Counted from the first letter of the stretch, positions 1-8,038 are shown. The stretch is DNA of 25,567 nt from Elusimicrobiota bacterium (GCA_043811535.1 JBDRNC010000024.1:1-25567), one strand, 5' to 3'. Translations and numbers: made by a program. The notes: generated by a model not told the origin, from the letters alone.

Positions 1-52
1 CCTCCAGCGCTACCTTTGCTTTGAACCCTGCCTCGAACCTCTTCCGCATCAT
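1..52 (-). CDS. IS3-family transposase OrfA, N-terminal fragment (partial)
   Basis: Hand translation MMRKRFEAGFKAKVALE matches the typical OrfA HTH start (R+xFxxxFKxKVALE). AGGAGG lies 6 nt upstream. Confidence 0.85.
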   Translation of the reverse strand, partial: MMRKRFEAGFKAKVALE

Positions 53-139
53 TTCAGGCCTCCTTTTAGGCTTCCATTATACTGCTTTTTACACCTTAAA
101 TCAGCCTAAATAGTGGCCCAGTTTTTCCCGAGTATTATA
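1..139 (-). mobile_element. IS3-family insertion sequence, left end (truncated by window edge)
   Basis: Minus strand from 139 reads TATAATACTCGGGAAAAACTGGGCCACT, an IS3-like terminal IR. It is followed by SD AGGAGG (64-59) and the start of an OrfA. Confidence 0.8.
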
Positions 140-209
140 AAGTATTGGTATAGATATGCTAAACTGCAATGAGATATAAGGTTGCTGAAGCGATTTTTTT
201 GGAGGTTTT

Positions 210-680
210 GTGAAGACAATTGTCAGATGTTTAGCAGTATTGTTTATCGCTGTTTTTATCGTTGCGGGATCGGAGGCGGAGGAAAAATACAAAAGGACGG
301 GTATTGGTATCGTTCTTGGCGCGCCCTCTGGATTGGACGCTAAGATATGGTTTGCGCGTGATAAGGCCATTGACATTGCTTTTGGATGGGGTTACTGGAA
401 TGTCTGGGCTCAGGCGACATATCAGTGGCATTACTGGTTGTCGGATGAAAATGCTGATAACAAAGATTTTAGCGCTCCTCTGTATGTGGGTGTAGGCGGG
501 TTTGCAGGAGGGGGAAGGAAGGAAGTGGGTTTGGGGCCCATCGGCGTGGTAGGGGTGGACATACTTTTCAAGAAAGCGCCGTTTGACATATTTATTGAAA
601 TTGGGCCGGCAATCCAGATCGCGCCGGAATCCGCGATGTTTTTCCATGGAGGAATCGGAGTAAGATACTATCTTCCGTGA
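210..680 (+). CDS. Small exported outer-membrane beta-barrel protein (DUF3996/BAPKO_0422-like)
   Basis: GTG start after GGAGG. Signal peptide, GIGIVLGAPSGLDAKIW N-terminal motif, Gly/aromatic alternating strands, C-terminal GGIGVRYY beta-signal. Confidence 0.7.
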   Translation: MKTIVRCLAVLFIAVFIVAGSEAEEKYKRTGIGIVLGAPSGLDAKIWFARDKAIDIAFGWGYWNVWAQATYQWHYWLSDENADNKDFSAPLYVGVGGFAGGGRKEVGLGPIGVVGVDILFKKAPFDIFIEIGPAIQIAPESAMFFHGGIGVRYYLP

Positions 681-821
681 CGGTTGATTCGTTGATTAAA
701 CCGGTCTGCCTTGCTTGAAAATTGGACAATAATGTGCAAGGTATATTATTTCTCTCATAGATATTATTGGGTTCACCAATTTGATACAAAATTGAATATG
801 TATTGGTCAGCGCGAGTCAAG

Positions 822-853
822 AAATAGGTTCTAACATCGTTCAGCAGGGGGAG
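822..853 (+). repeat. Junction J1: intact 32-bp arm (putative att arm)
   Basis: AAATAGGTTCTAACATCGTTCAGCAGGGGGAG. Related copies at 1996-2063, 3278-3378 and 10423-10438. Confidence 0.85.
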
Positions 854-861
854 CGTTTTTA

Positions 862-904
862 AGAAAACCCGCAGTCACCTTTTTGAGGTGGTTGCGGGTT
901 TTCT
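862..904 (+). terminator. Hairpin H1 after J1 (terminator-like)
   Basis: AGAAAACCCGCAGTCACCT-TTTTG-AGGTGGTTGCGGGTTTTCT: 19-bp stem whose two non-Watson-Crick pairs are G-U wobbles on the + strand. Confidence 0.7.
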
Positions 905-908
905 GTTG

Positions 909-1096
909 CTCTGGCGGAGCAAGCCAACAATTTGGCTTGCGGTAGGATTCGAAGACCGCAGCGAAGTGCGAGTTTTTTGGGCCAGCCCGTAGTATGGGCT
1001 GGAGGTTTCGCCCAAAAAGGCGAGCACCGCGAGGGGCGGGCCGCGAGAATCCGCCGTCAGGCGGATTACTTGTGGCAGAAACTCCTACCGCCAGAG
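909..1096. repeat. Structured non-coding element bounded by inverted copies of a tRNA-like 3' end (right end = junction J2)
   Basis: Left CTCTGGCGG[insert]TAGGATTCGAA (909-953) is complementary to right TCCTACCGCCAGAG (1083-1096). Nested internal hairpins: TTTTTGGGC/GCCCAAAAA, CAGCCC/GGGCTG, AATCCGCC/GGCGGATT. Confidence 0.7.
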
Positions 1097-1097
1097 T

Positions 1098-1139
1098 ATA
1101 CCCCAAGACATCCCCCTAAAGGGGGTGGACTTGGGATAT
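1098..1139 (+). terminator. Hairpin H2 after J2
   Basis: CCCAAGACATCCCCCTAAAGGGGGTGGACTTGGG followed by a T-run. Homologous hairpins at 3381-3420 and 8062-8096. Confidence 0.7.
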
Positions 1140-1150
1140 TTTTTGTCGTA

Positions 1151-1385
1151 CATTCAAACCTGCAACCCGCAGGGAACCGGGGGGGGGTGCGAGGTTCGTG
1201 ATGCAACGAATAACTGTGTGTTCGCACGAATAAGTGCGAACGAGTCACACAGGACGGCGAGTCGGTGAGCCGGCGTGTTGAGTGAAACGAAACCAACGAG
1301 CCGCGAACGGGCACCGCAGCGGAGCGAGCGGGAATCCTATCCCGTACCACTCCCTTCGGTCGGGTACGGGACTTCGCCGGCAGAG
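1151..1385 (+). repeat. Second structured non-coding element ending in an interrupted tRNA-like 3' end (junction J3)
   Basis: Multiple hairpins (e.g. CTGTGTG-TTCGCAC/GTGCGAA-CACACAG). Ends GAATCCTA[37-nt palindrome]CCGGCAGAG, which is 16/17 identical to GAATCCTACCGCCAGAG when rejoined. Confidence 0.6.
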
Positions 1386-1391
1386 TATTTC

Positions 1392-1418
1392 AAAAGCCAC
1401 TCTTTATAGACAGCTTTT
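1392..1418 (+). terminator. Degenerate hairpin H3 after J3
   Basis: AAAAGCCACTCTTTATAGACAGCTTTT, related to AAAGTTACTCTTTACGGGTGGCTTT at 2070-2094. Confidence 0.5.
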
Positions 1419-1420
1419 TC

Positions 1421-1449
1421 TTGATTTTGCCATAATTTACTGATACAAT
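1421..1449 (+). promoter_or_regulatory. Putative sigma70 promoter of the CBS gene
   Basis: TTGATT-17 bp-TACAAT with an extended -10 TG. Confidence 0.5.
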
Positions 1450-1494
1450 TATTGAGTAAAGCACGTCAAACACTATACTTTCATAGGAGGAATT

Positions 1495-1887
1495 ATGTTG
1501 AAAGCTAAAGATATTATGACAAAAAATGTGGTAACCATATCTCCTGACGCAACTTTAGTGGATGTAGCGGAATTATTAGCAGAAAAAAGGATAACTGGAC
1601 TGCCGGTGGTTAATGCTGATGAAAAGGTTATTGGAATAATAACAGAAAAAGATATACTGAATTTCGCGTACACATATGCTAGTAATTTACAGAATACAAA
1701 AGTCAAAGAAGCGATGACAGAAAAAGTTGTTAGTTTTACTTCAGATACTGATGTAGATAAGATTTCATTATGTTTTTCAAAGAATGAATTCAGGCGGGTT
1801 CCGATCATTGATGAAGGCAAACTTGTTGGTATTATTACCCGCAGGGATATGTTACTTTCATTAATTTCTCATCATTATCAAGTATGA
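1495..1887 (+). CDS. CBS-domain (Bateman pair) protein
   Basis: SD AGGAGG. Two CBS repeats: KAKDIMTKNVVT..GLPVV..GIITEKD and KVKEAMTEKVV..RRVPII..GIITRRD. Confidence 0.95.
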   Translation: MLKAKDIMTKNVVTISPDATLVDVAELLAEKRITGLPVVNADEKVIGIITEKDILNFAYTYASNLQNTKVKEAMTEKVVSFTSDTDVDKISLCFSKNEFRRVPIIDEGKLVGIITRRDMLLSLISHHYQV

Positions 1888-1890
1888 AAT

Positions 1891-1920
1891 TGACCTCCCC
1901 CGCGAAAACTAGGCCAGTTG
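1891..1920 (+). mobile_element. Orphan IS3-like terminal inverted repeat
   Basis: TGACCTCCCCCGCGAAAACTAGGCCAGTTG begins with TG and shares the AAAACT-GGCCA core with the IR at 139. No transposase follows. Confidence 0.5.
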
Positions 1921-1995
1921 AAAGCAGAGTATTATAATAATTCTACCCGCCATTTCATTGCTAAATCAAAGCGCTTCAGGCCAGTATACGCTACT

Positions 1996-2063
1996 AAATA
2001 GGTTCTAACTCCTGATGATTCTCTGCGAGAATCAGTACACAGAGACCGTTCAGTAGATAAAAG
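1996..2063 (+). repeat. Junction J4: 32-bp-type arm interrupted by a 35-nt insertion
   Basis: AAATAGGTTCTAAC (1996-2009) + insert (2010-2044) + ACCGTTCAGTAG. Rejoined, 24 of the first 26 nt match J1. Followed by hairpin H3' (2070-2094). Confidence 0.75.
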
Positions 2064-2145
2064 AATTTTAAAGTTACTCTTTACGGGTGGCTTTTTTTGT
2101 TGCTTTTCCGCAACTTTACTAGTAGTATGTAATCAAGGAATAACA

Positions 2146-3228
2146 ATGAATCTAAAAGAATTAGGGTGGAATGAATTCCACGAGAAACATTATAATGAAG
2201 TAAAGACCTCGGAAACATTTCCTGCCAGGGTGGCAAAGTCAGAGAGAGAAAAATATTTGATTTACAGCAGTTTTGGCGAACTGAAGGCGGAGATAAAGGG
2301 AAAGATGCGTTTTAGTGCAGTGTCTATAAGTGATTTCCCCGCGGTGGGGGACTGGGTGGTCGCGAAAATGCGGCCGGAAGGCAATGCTGTTATAATCGAG
2401 GCAATTCTCCCGAGAATGAACAAGTTCGCAAGAAAAGTAGCGGGTTCTGTGACTGATGAGCAGGTAATGGTAGCGAATATCGATACGATATTCCTGGTCA
2501 ATGGCCTTGACGGGGACTATAATCTGCGACGCATCGAGCGGTACCTTGCCCTTGCCAGGGAAAACAATTCAAGTCCTGTTGTCGTGTTAAATAAAACAGA
2601 TATGTGCCCCAGCGTGCAGGAAAAAGCAGAAGAAGTGGCTGCTGTCGCGCGCGGAGTACCTATATTAACTTTAAACGCTCTCAACGGCGAAGGAATAGAA
2701 AATATAAGAAAATATATCACTAATAGCACAACGGTAGCTTTTCTGGGTTCCTCGGGTGTAGGGAAATCGACAATCATTAATAGCTTGCTTAAGACAGAAA
2801 AGCAGAAAGTCGGTACAGTGCGCGAGAGCGACAGCCGTGGAAAGCATATAACGACTTGCAGGGAATTGATATTGCTTCCAGACGGAGGAATTGTAATTGA
2901 TAATCCCGGTTTGCGCGAACTTCAATTATGGGTGGATGAAGATACGCTGGATAGTACTTTCGATGACGTGATAGAGCTCACCGAAAAGTGCAGATTCAGA
3001 GACTGCACACATTTACATGAACCGGGTTGTGCCGTAATGAACGCAATAGAAACCGGCCTTTTGGACAACAAACGGTTTCAAAACTTCATAAAGCTGAAAA
3101 AAGAATTGAAATATTTGGCAACCCGCAAAGAAGTGAAAGCGCGTAATGAAAAAATAATCACCGGAAAGAAAATCAGTATATTGTCAAAACAAATAGAGAG
3201 GCACAGAAAGTTAAATCGGATAAAATAA
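2146..3228 (+). CDS. rsgA: Ribosome small subunit-dependent GTPase A (long, paralog-like type)
   Basis: OB-fold AVGDWV, circularly permuted GTPase motifs NKTD, GSSGVGKS, GKHITT and DNPG, and Zn finger CRFRDCTHLHEPGC. Confidence 0.93.
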   Translation: MNLKELGWNEFHEKHYNEVKTSETFPARVAKSEREKYLIYSSFGELKAEIKGKMRFSAVSISDFPAVGDWVVAKMRPEGNAVIIEAILPRMNKFARKVAGSVTDEQVMVANIDTIFLVNGLDGDYNLRRIERYLALARENNSSPVVVLNKTDMCPSVQEKAEEVAAVARGVPILTLNALNGEGIENIRKYITNSTTVAFLGSSGVGKSTIINSLLKTEKQKVGTVRESDSRGKHITTCRELILLPDGGIVIDNPGLRELQLWVDEDTLDSTFDDVIELTEKCRFRDCTHLHEPGCAVMNAIETGLLDNKRFQNFIKLKKELKYLATRKEVKARNEKIITGKKISILSKQIERHRKLNRIK

Positions 3229-3277
3229 CTTTTATTTCATTGTAAAATCAAAGCGTTTATGATGAATGTGTTCCATT

Positions 3278-3378
3278 AAATAGGTTCCCACCTGCGCTAG
3301 GCATTTCATCGATAAACACGGCTATTCGCCGCATTGACCCGCCGCGGCGGGCAGGCTAACATTGTTCAGCAGGGGGAG
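3278..3378 (+). repeat. Junction J5: 32-bp arm interrupted by a 69-nt insertion
   Basis: AAATAGGTTC (3278-3287) + insert (3288-3356) + TAACATTGTTCAGCAGGGGGAG. Rejoined it is 31/32 identical to J1. Confidence 0.85.
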
Positions 3379-3380
3379 TA

Positions 3381-3420
3381 TAGCCCAAGACAACCCCTAA
3401 ATGGGGTGGCCTTGGGCTAT
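3381..3420 (+). terminator. Hairpin H2' after J5
   Basis: TAGCCCAAGACAACCCCTAAATGGGGTGGCCTTGGGCTA plus T-run, homologous to H2 at 1098-1139. Confidence 0.7.
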
Positions 3421-3548
3421 TTTATTGGTAGGATTCTCATTACAAACCGACGGGAATTAAAGTCATTTGATTTTGAATACATAAAGAGGTATGATTTACA
3501 AAAGCCTATAAAATATATGATAAATAAAATAACGGCAACGGCTCTGGT

Positions 3549-3627
3549 ATAAAAGGGGACGGTTCTATTTATCATCCTTTCAAAATGTTCTGAGGGGTGC
3601 CGAATAAATAGAACCGTCCCCTTTTAT
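3549..3627. repeat. REP-like inverted repeat, copy 1
   Basis: Perfect 24-bp arms ATAAAAGGGGACGGTTCTATTTAT (3549-3572 / 3604-3627) with a 31-nt spacer. Confidence 0.9.
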
Positions 3628-3653
3628 TTATGGCCAATTATAGCGGAGGCTTC

Positions 3654-6600
3654 ATGCTTAAGCCGGTTATAAGCAAAATCAGCGGATTCGGCGGTTTCAT
3701 AATCGTATTATTGGTTGTATGTTTGTTGTCTTCGCAGGGTCAAACAGGCATACTTACGGGATCAGCCGATCTTGTTTTAGGCCAGATGGATTACACGCAT
3801 AAAGATCCAAACATGATAAACAATAAGGGAATGGTATATCCTGACGGTGTCGCGATAGACACGGCCGGGGGAAGGGTATATGTTTGTGATTCCGGGAACA
3901 ATCGTGTATTGTGGTGGAATAACGCGGATTCGCTTACGAACGGCAAACAGGCGGACGGCGTTCTTGGCCAGCCGGATTTCGCATCAAATGATTCTGCCTG
4001 CACTCAAGCAGGGATGGGTGTCCCTACAGGAGTATGCGTTGACGGCTCAGGGAATATCTGGGTTGCTGATTACGCGAATAATCGTATTCTTAAATATTCT
4101 GTTCCGTCAACGAACGGCCAGGCGGCGAGCCTCGTTCTCGGCCAGCCGGATTTTACAAGCAATGCCGCGGCAACAACGCGGACAGGAATGAAAGAACCTG
4201 TTGAAGTAAGTGTTGACGGCTCAGGGAACGTCTGGGTTTCTGATTACGCTAATTATCGGGTACTTAAATTTACCAACCCGGCAACGAACGGCCAGGCGGC
4301 AAGTCTCGTGCTCGGCCAGCCGGATTTTACTTCAACTAACACCGGCTGCACGGAAACATTAATGGATACTCCTTTAGGAGTAAGCGTTGACAGCTCAGGA
4401 AACGTCTGGGTTGTTGATGGAGATAATTCCCGCGTCCTTAAATTTACCAATCCGACAACGAACGGCCAGGCGGCAAGCCTCGTGCTTGGACAGGCCGATT
4501 TTACTTCAAGCGCGCAGGGCTGCACGCAAACGCTGATGAATGATCCTTTTGAAATAAGTGTTGACGGCTCGGGGAACGTCTGGGTTTCTGATTCCGATAA
4601 TTACCGCATCCTTAAATTCACAAAACCGGCAACGAACGGCCAGGCCGCGAGCCTTGTTCTTGGCCAGCCGGATTTTACTTCAAGAGCGCAAGGCTGCACA
4701 CAAACACAGATCAATTATCCTTACGGAGTAAGCGTTGACGGATCGGGAAACGTCTGGGTTGTTGATTCTGATACTAACCGTGTGCTCAAATATACAACTC
4801 CGACAACTAACGGGCAGGCCGCAAGCCTGGTGCTGGGACAGCTGGATTTTACGCGCAGCGGGCCGAATATGGTCAAAGACAAAGGATTGGTAAATCCTTA
4901 CGGCGTTGCCGCGGACTCAATCAGCGGCAGGGTGTATGTCTGTGATTATGGTAATAACCGCGTGTTGTGGTGGAAAAGTTCAGCATCGCTTGCTAATGGA
5001 AAATCGGCTGACGGTGTTCTCGGCCAGGCAGATTTTATAAGCAATGCCGCGGCAACCACTCAGGCGGGGATGTCCGTCCCTTACGGATTAGCTGTTGACA
5101 GTTCGGGCAATCTCTGGGTAGCTGATTCCAACAACAACCGTGTCCTGAAATTTACCGCTCCGATCAATAGCGGGCAGGCGGCAAGCCTCGTGCTTGGCCA
5201 GGCGGATTTTACAAGTAATGCCGAAGCAACCACGCAGACGGGAATGAAGGCTCCTGGCGGGGTAAGTGTTGACAGCTCAGGGAATGTCTGGGTTGTTGAC
5301 AGAGCAAATCACCGGGTTCTTAAATATACAAGCCCGTCATTGAACGGCCCGGCAGCGAGCATAGTGCTTGGCCAGCCGGATTTCATTTCAAACGGATTTG
5401 GCTGTACGCAGGCAACTTTCTTTTATCCTTCAGGGGTAAGCGTTGACAGTTCAGGGAATGTCTGGGTTGTTGATACCAATTATAGCCGTGTCCTGAAATT
5501 CAACACTCCGGCATTGGCGACAGGCGAGGCGGCAGACCTTGTTCTTGGCCAGACGAATTTTACAAACGAAGCTTTTTCGACCACGCAGACAGGAATGCAA
5601 TATCCTTTTGGTGTATGCGTTGACAGCTCAGGGAATGTCTGGGTTGCCGACACCTGGAATCACCGAGTCTTGAAATTCTCCGCTCCCTCAACGGACGGCC
5701 AGGCGGCAAGCCTCGTTCTTGGCCAGGCGGATTTTATATCAAGGTTTGAGGATGAAGAAGCCTGCACGCAAACCGGAATGTACTATCCCCGGGGAGTAAG
5801 CGTTGACAGTGCAGGGAATGTCTGGGTTGCTGATGAAAGTAACGACCGTGTGCTCAAATTCAATGCTTTGGCAGTTGCCTCAATTATACCGAACACCGGC
5901 ATAAATAACGAGTCTCTGAATATCTCTGACCTGTCCGGGTATGATTTTGTAAGCGGGCCTGAAATAAAACTTGTAAAAACCGGCGAAAGCGACATAATTG
6001 CCGCAGCGGTAAGCGTAATAAGCGCGAATAAAATAACCTGCACATTGGGCCTTTCGGGAAAAGCGACCGGATACTGGGATGTAGTTGTAAGCACCGGCGG
6101 CGCGGGTTCGTTGACGGCGGTTCTAAACAATGGGTTTTTTATAAAAGACTCGGTTACTAACGCGAGAAACTCGGTGGATCCTGGGGCCAGCGCCGAACTG
6201 AAAATAACTCCGGAAAGCGGGGAAATAAAAGTAGATATCGCCGCGGGCACTTTCGATAAGCCCGTGAATGTAACACTTTCCGCGGTCGCGGCCCCATCTT
6301 CCGATAAACCTACAGTTAAAGTCGGCAGCATCTGCCTTGAAATATCAAACAACCTGGACCTGCAGCCGAAAAAGGACATTACCATAACCGTCAACTACCG
6401 GCACGCTGATATAACAGGCCTTGACGAAGCGAATATCGTTCTTTGCCGTTACGACGCGGCCAATAAATTATGGATACCGCTTCCTACAACCGTGGACACA
6501 GTCAATAATGTCATTACCGCGTCCGCAAATCATTTAAGCAAGTTCGTGGTAGTGCAATTAGTTCCCGCGGCGGACCTATCGCAGGTAAAGGCATTCCCGA

Positions 6601-6839
6601 TGCCGTTTAATCCGTCAAATGGCGTGTTGACAATCGATAACCTTACAGCTTCAGCCGATGTCAGGATATATACCATAGCCGGTGAGCTCGTGCGCGCCCT
6701 GGGTTACGCGTCATCCAACGGCAGGGCGACATGGGACGGCAAGAATGACAGCGGCTCAACTGTGGCCAGCGGGGTTTACATTATGTTTATTAAGAGTGAT
6801 TCCGGCACCAAGAAGATCAAGATAGCGGTGGAGAAATAG
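3654..6839 (+). CDS. Secreted NHL-repeat (double beta-propeller) protein with Ig-like, ZU5-like and FlgD-Ig/T9SS-like C-terminal domains
   Basis: Start at 3654 preferred over 3630 (GGAGG at 3645-3649). Signal peptide, 12 VLGQxDF...VSVDxSGNVWVxD..NxRVLK repeats, C-terminus FPMPFNP..IYTIAGELVR..WDGKNDSG..SGVY..KIAV. Confidence 0.88.
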   Translation: MLKPVISKISGFGGFIIVLLVVCLLSSQGQTGILTGSADLVLGQMDYTHKDPNMINNKGMVYPDGVAIDTAGGRVYVCDSGNNRVLWWNNADSLTNGKQADGVLGQPDFASNDSACTQAGMGVPTGVCVDGSGNIWVADYANNRILKYSVPSTNGQAASLVLGQPDFTSNAAATTRTGMKEPVEVSVDGSGNVWVSDYANYRVLKFTNPATNGQAASLVLGQPDFTSTNTGCTETLMDTPLGVSVDSSGNVWVVDGDNSRVLKFTNPTTNGQAASLVLGQADFTSSAQGCTQTLMNDPFEISVDGSGNVWVSDSDNYRILKFTKPATNGQAASLVLGQPDFTSRAQGCTQTQINYPYGVSVDGSGNVWVVDSDTNRVLKYTTPTTNGQAASLVLGQLDFTRSGPNMVKDKGLVNPYGVAADSISGRVYVCDYGNNRVLWWKSSASLANGKSADGVLGQADFISNAAATTQAGMSVPYGLAVDSSGNLWVADSNNNRVLKFTAPINSGQAASLVLGQADFTSNAEATTQTGMKAPGGVSVDSSGNVWVVDRANHRVLKYTSPSLNGPAASIVLGQPDFISNGFGCTQATFFYPSGVSVDSSGNVWVVDTNYSRVLKFNTPALATGEAADLVLGQTNFTNEAFSTTQTGMQYPFGVCVDSSGNVWVADTWNHRVLKFSAPSTDGQAASLVLGQADFISRFEDEEACTQTGMYYPRGVSVDSAGNVWVADESNDRVLKFNALAVASIIPNTGINNESLNISDLSGYDFVSGPEIKLVKTGESDIIAAAVSVISANKITCTLGLSGKATGYWDVVVSTGGAGSLTAVLNNGFFIKDSVTNARNSVDPGASAELKITPESGEIKVDIAAGTFDKPVNVTLSAVAAPSSDKPTVKVGSICLEISNNLDLQPKKDITITVNYRHADITGLDEANIVLCRYDAANKLWIPLPTTVDTVNNVITASANHLSKFVVVQLVPAADLSQVKAFPMPFNPSNGVLTIDNLTASADVRIYTIAGELVRALGYASSNGRATWDGKNDSGSTVASGVYIMFIKSDSGTKKIKIAVEK

Positions 6840-6867
6840 CATGGAAATTAAAAACATCGGAGCTTAA

Positions 6868-7794
6868 ATGAAAAGGATATTTCTTGCCGTTACGATAGCC
6901 GCATTCGCTATTAATCCCGGGTATGGAGCGTTTTCAAGCAGCGACGCCGGTACTTCAGCCGCCCAATTCCTGAAACTTGGCGCGGGCGCCAGGGCAGCGG
7001 GCATGGGCGAAGCTTTAGTCGCCGCGGCGGATGATTCCACCTCAATATACTGGAACCCTGCCGGGCTTAACAAGGTAAGCGGAAAGTCATTTTCGTTAAT
7101 GCACGCGGTATGGTTTGAAGATATATCATACGACTGGGCATCATTCGCAATGCCATACAGGGATTGGGGTGTATTCGGCATGGGCGTGCAGTATCTATCA
7201 TACGGAAGCATAAAGAGAATAGACAATACCGGCCTTGAAACAGGGGATTTCAGCCCGACTGACCTGTGCGTTTCATTGTCTTACGCGAGACAATGCAAGG
7301 GATTTGACCTTGGCGCGAACGTCAAGTATATATCGCTGAAGATTGAGAACAGCGCGGTCGCCTACGCGGCCGACATTGGAGCGCAGTACAAACTGATGAA
7401 CGTGCTGGATGACAAACTTACCTTAGGGCTTGCGGCGCAGAATATGGGGACAAAAGTAAAGTTTATAAGCGAAGAGGACCCCCTGCCGATGAATATCAAG
7501 GCAGGCGGAACATATCAGATAAGAGAAAATTGGATAGCAGTGCTGGATATCAATGCCCCCATAGATAACGCGGTCAGTTTCGGCATCGGTTCAGAGTATG
7601 CTTGCATAGTTAATGAGACAATAACCGCTTTAGGGCGGCTGGGCTACAACACGCGGAACAAGGATACCGGCGGGCTAAACGGCCTGACCGCGGGATTCGG
7701 CGTCGCTTATCAGGATTACAGCTTTGATTACGCTTTCGTTCCTTACGGCGAGCTGGGGAACACGCAAAGGATATCGCTGTCAGTGAAGTTTTGA
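6868..7794 (+). CDS. PorV/PorQ (UPF0164) family outer-membrane protein
   Basis: Signal peptide, FLKLGAGARAAGMGEA..DDSTSIYWNPAGL signature, C-terminal DYAFVPYGELGNTQRISLSVKF. Confidence 0.9.
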   Translation: MKRIFLAVTIAAFAINPGYGAFSSSDAGTSAAQFLKLGAGARAAGMGEALVAAADDSTSIYWNPAGLNKVSGKSFSLMHAVWFEDISYDWASFAMPYRDWGVFGMGVQYLSYGSIKRIDNTGLETGDFSPTDLCVSLSYARQCKGFDLGANVKYISLKIENSAVAYAADIGAQYKLMNVLDDKLTLGLAAQNMGTKVKFISEEDPLPMNIKAGGTYQIRENWIAVLDINAPIDNAVSFGIGSEYACIVNETITALGRLGYNTRNKDTGGLNGLTAGFGVAYQDYSFDYAFVPYGELGNTQRISLSVKF

Positions 7795-7880
7795 GAAAGC
7801 CAATTCCTTGTATATTCAAATAGGGTATAGTTGAGGTCGCCGCGCCGAACGGGCACGTGGAGGACAGAAATTAAATATAA

Positions 7881-8021
7881 ATCTCGACATCTGACCCGGG
7901 ACCTTTTGGGTGCAGTATGACAAATGAATTTGCAGATATTCAGAAATCATTCAATCTTAGCAATGACGTATTTGAAAAAATATACAAAAATACTGTAAAA
8001 TCCAGTATTAATCGAAAATAA
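7881..8021 (+). pseudogene. Probable C-terminal fragment of an adenosine deaminase-family gene
   Basis: In-frame ISTSDPGPFGCSMTNEFADIQKSFNLSNDVFEKIYKNTVKSS resembles the ADA C-terminus (I[NS]TDDPxxFxxS+xxE...F.L......+.N.+.S). An in-frame stop lies immediately upstream. Confidence 0.5.
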
Positions 8022-8038
8022 CTCTGTTTTTTGATGCG

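Noticed and set aside
831..1350. ORFs 831-1106(-), 932-1201(+) and 1066-1350(-)
   Set aside because: They run through GC-rich palindromic repeats, and have no SD or recognisable domain.
909..1385. Intact tRNA gene
   Set aside because: Only T-arm/acceptor 3' fragments are present; no D-arm or anticodon arm could be built.
2012..2044. Hammerhead ribozyme (CTGATGA followed by a stem)
   Set aside because: The required GAAA after stem II is absent. The same applies to CTGACGA near 15355.
3334..3552. 72-aa ORF
   Set aside because: It begins inside the J5 insert and crosses the arm and hairpin. The 3' part may be a gene remnant but is unidentifiable.
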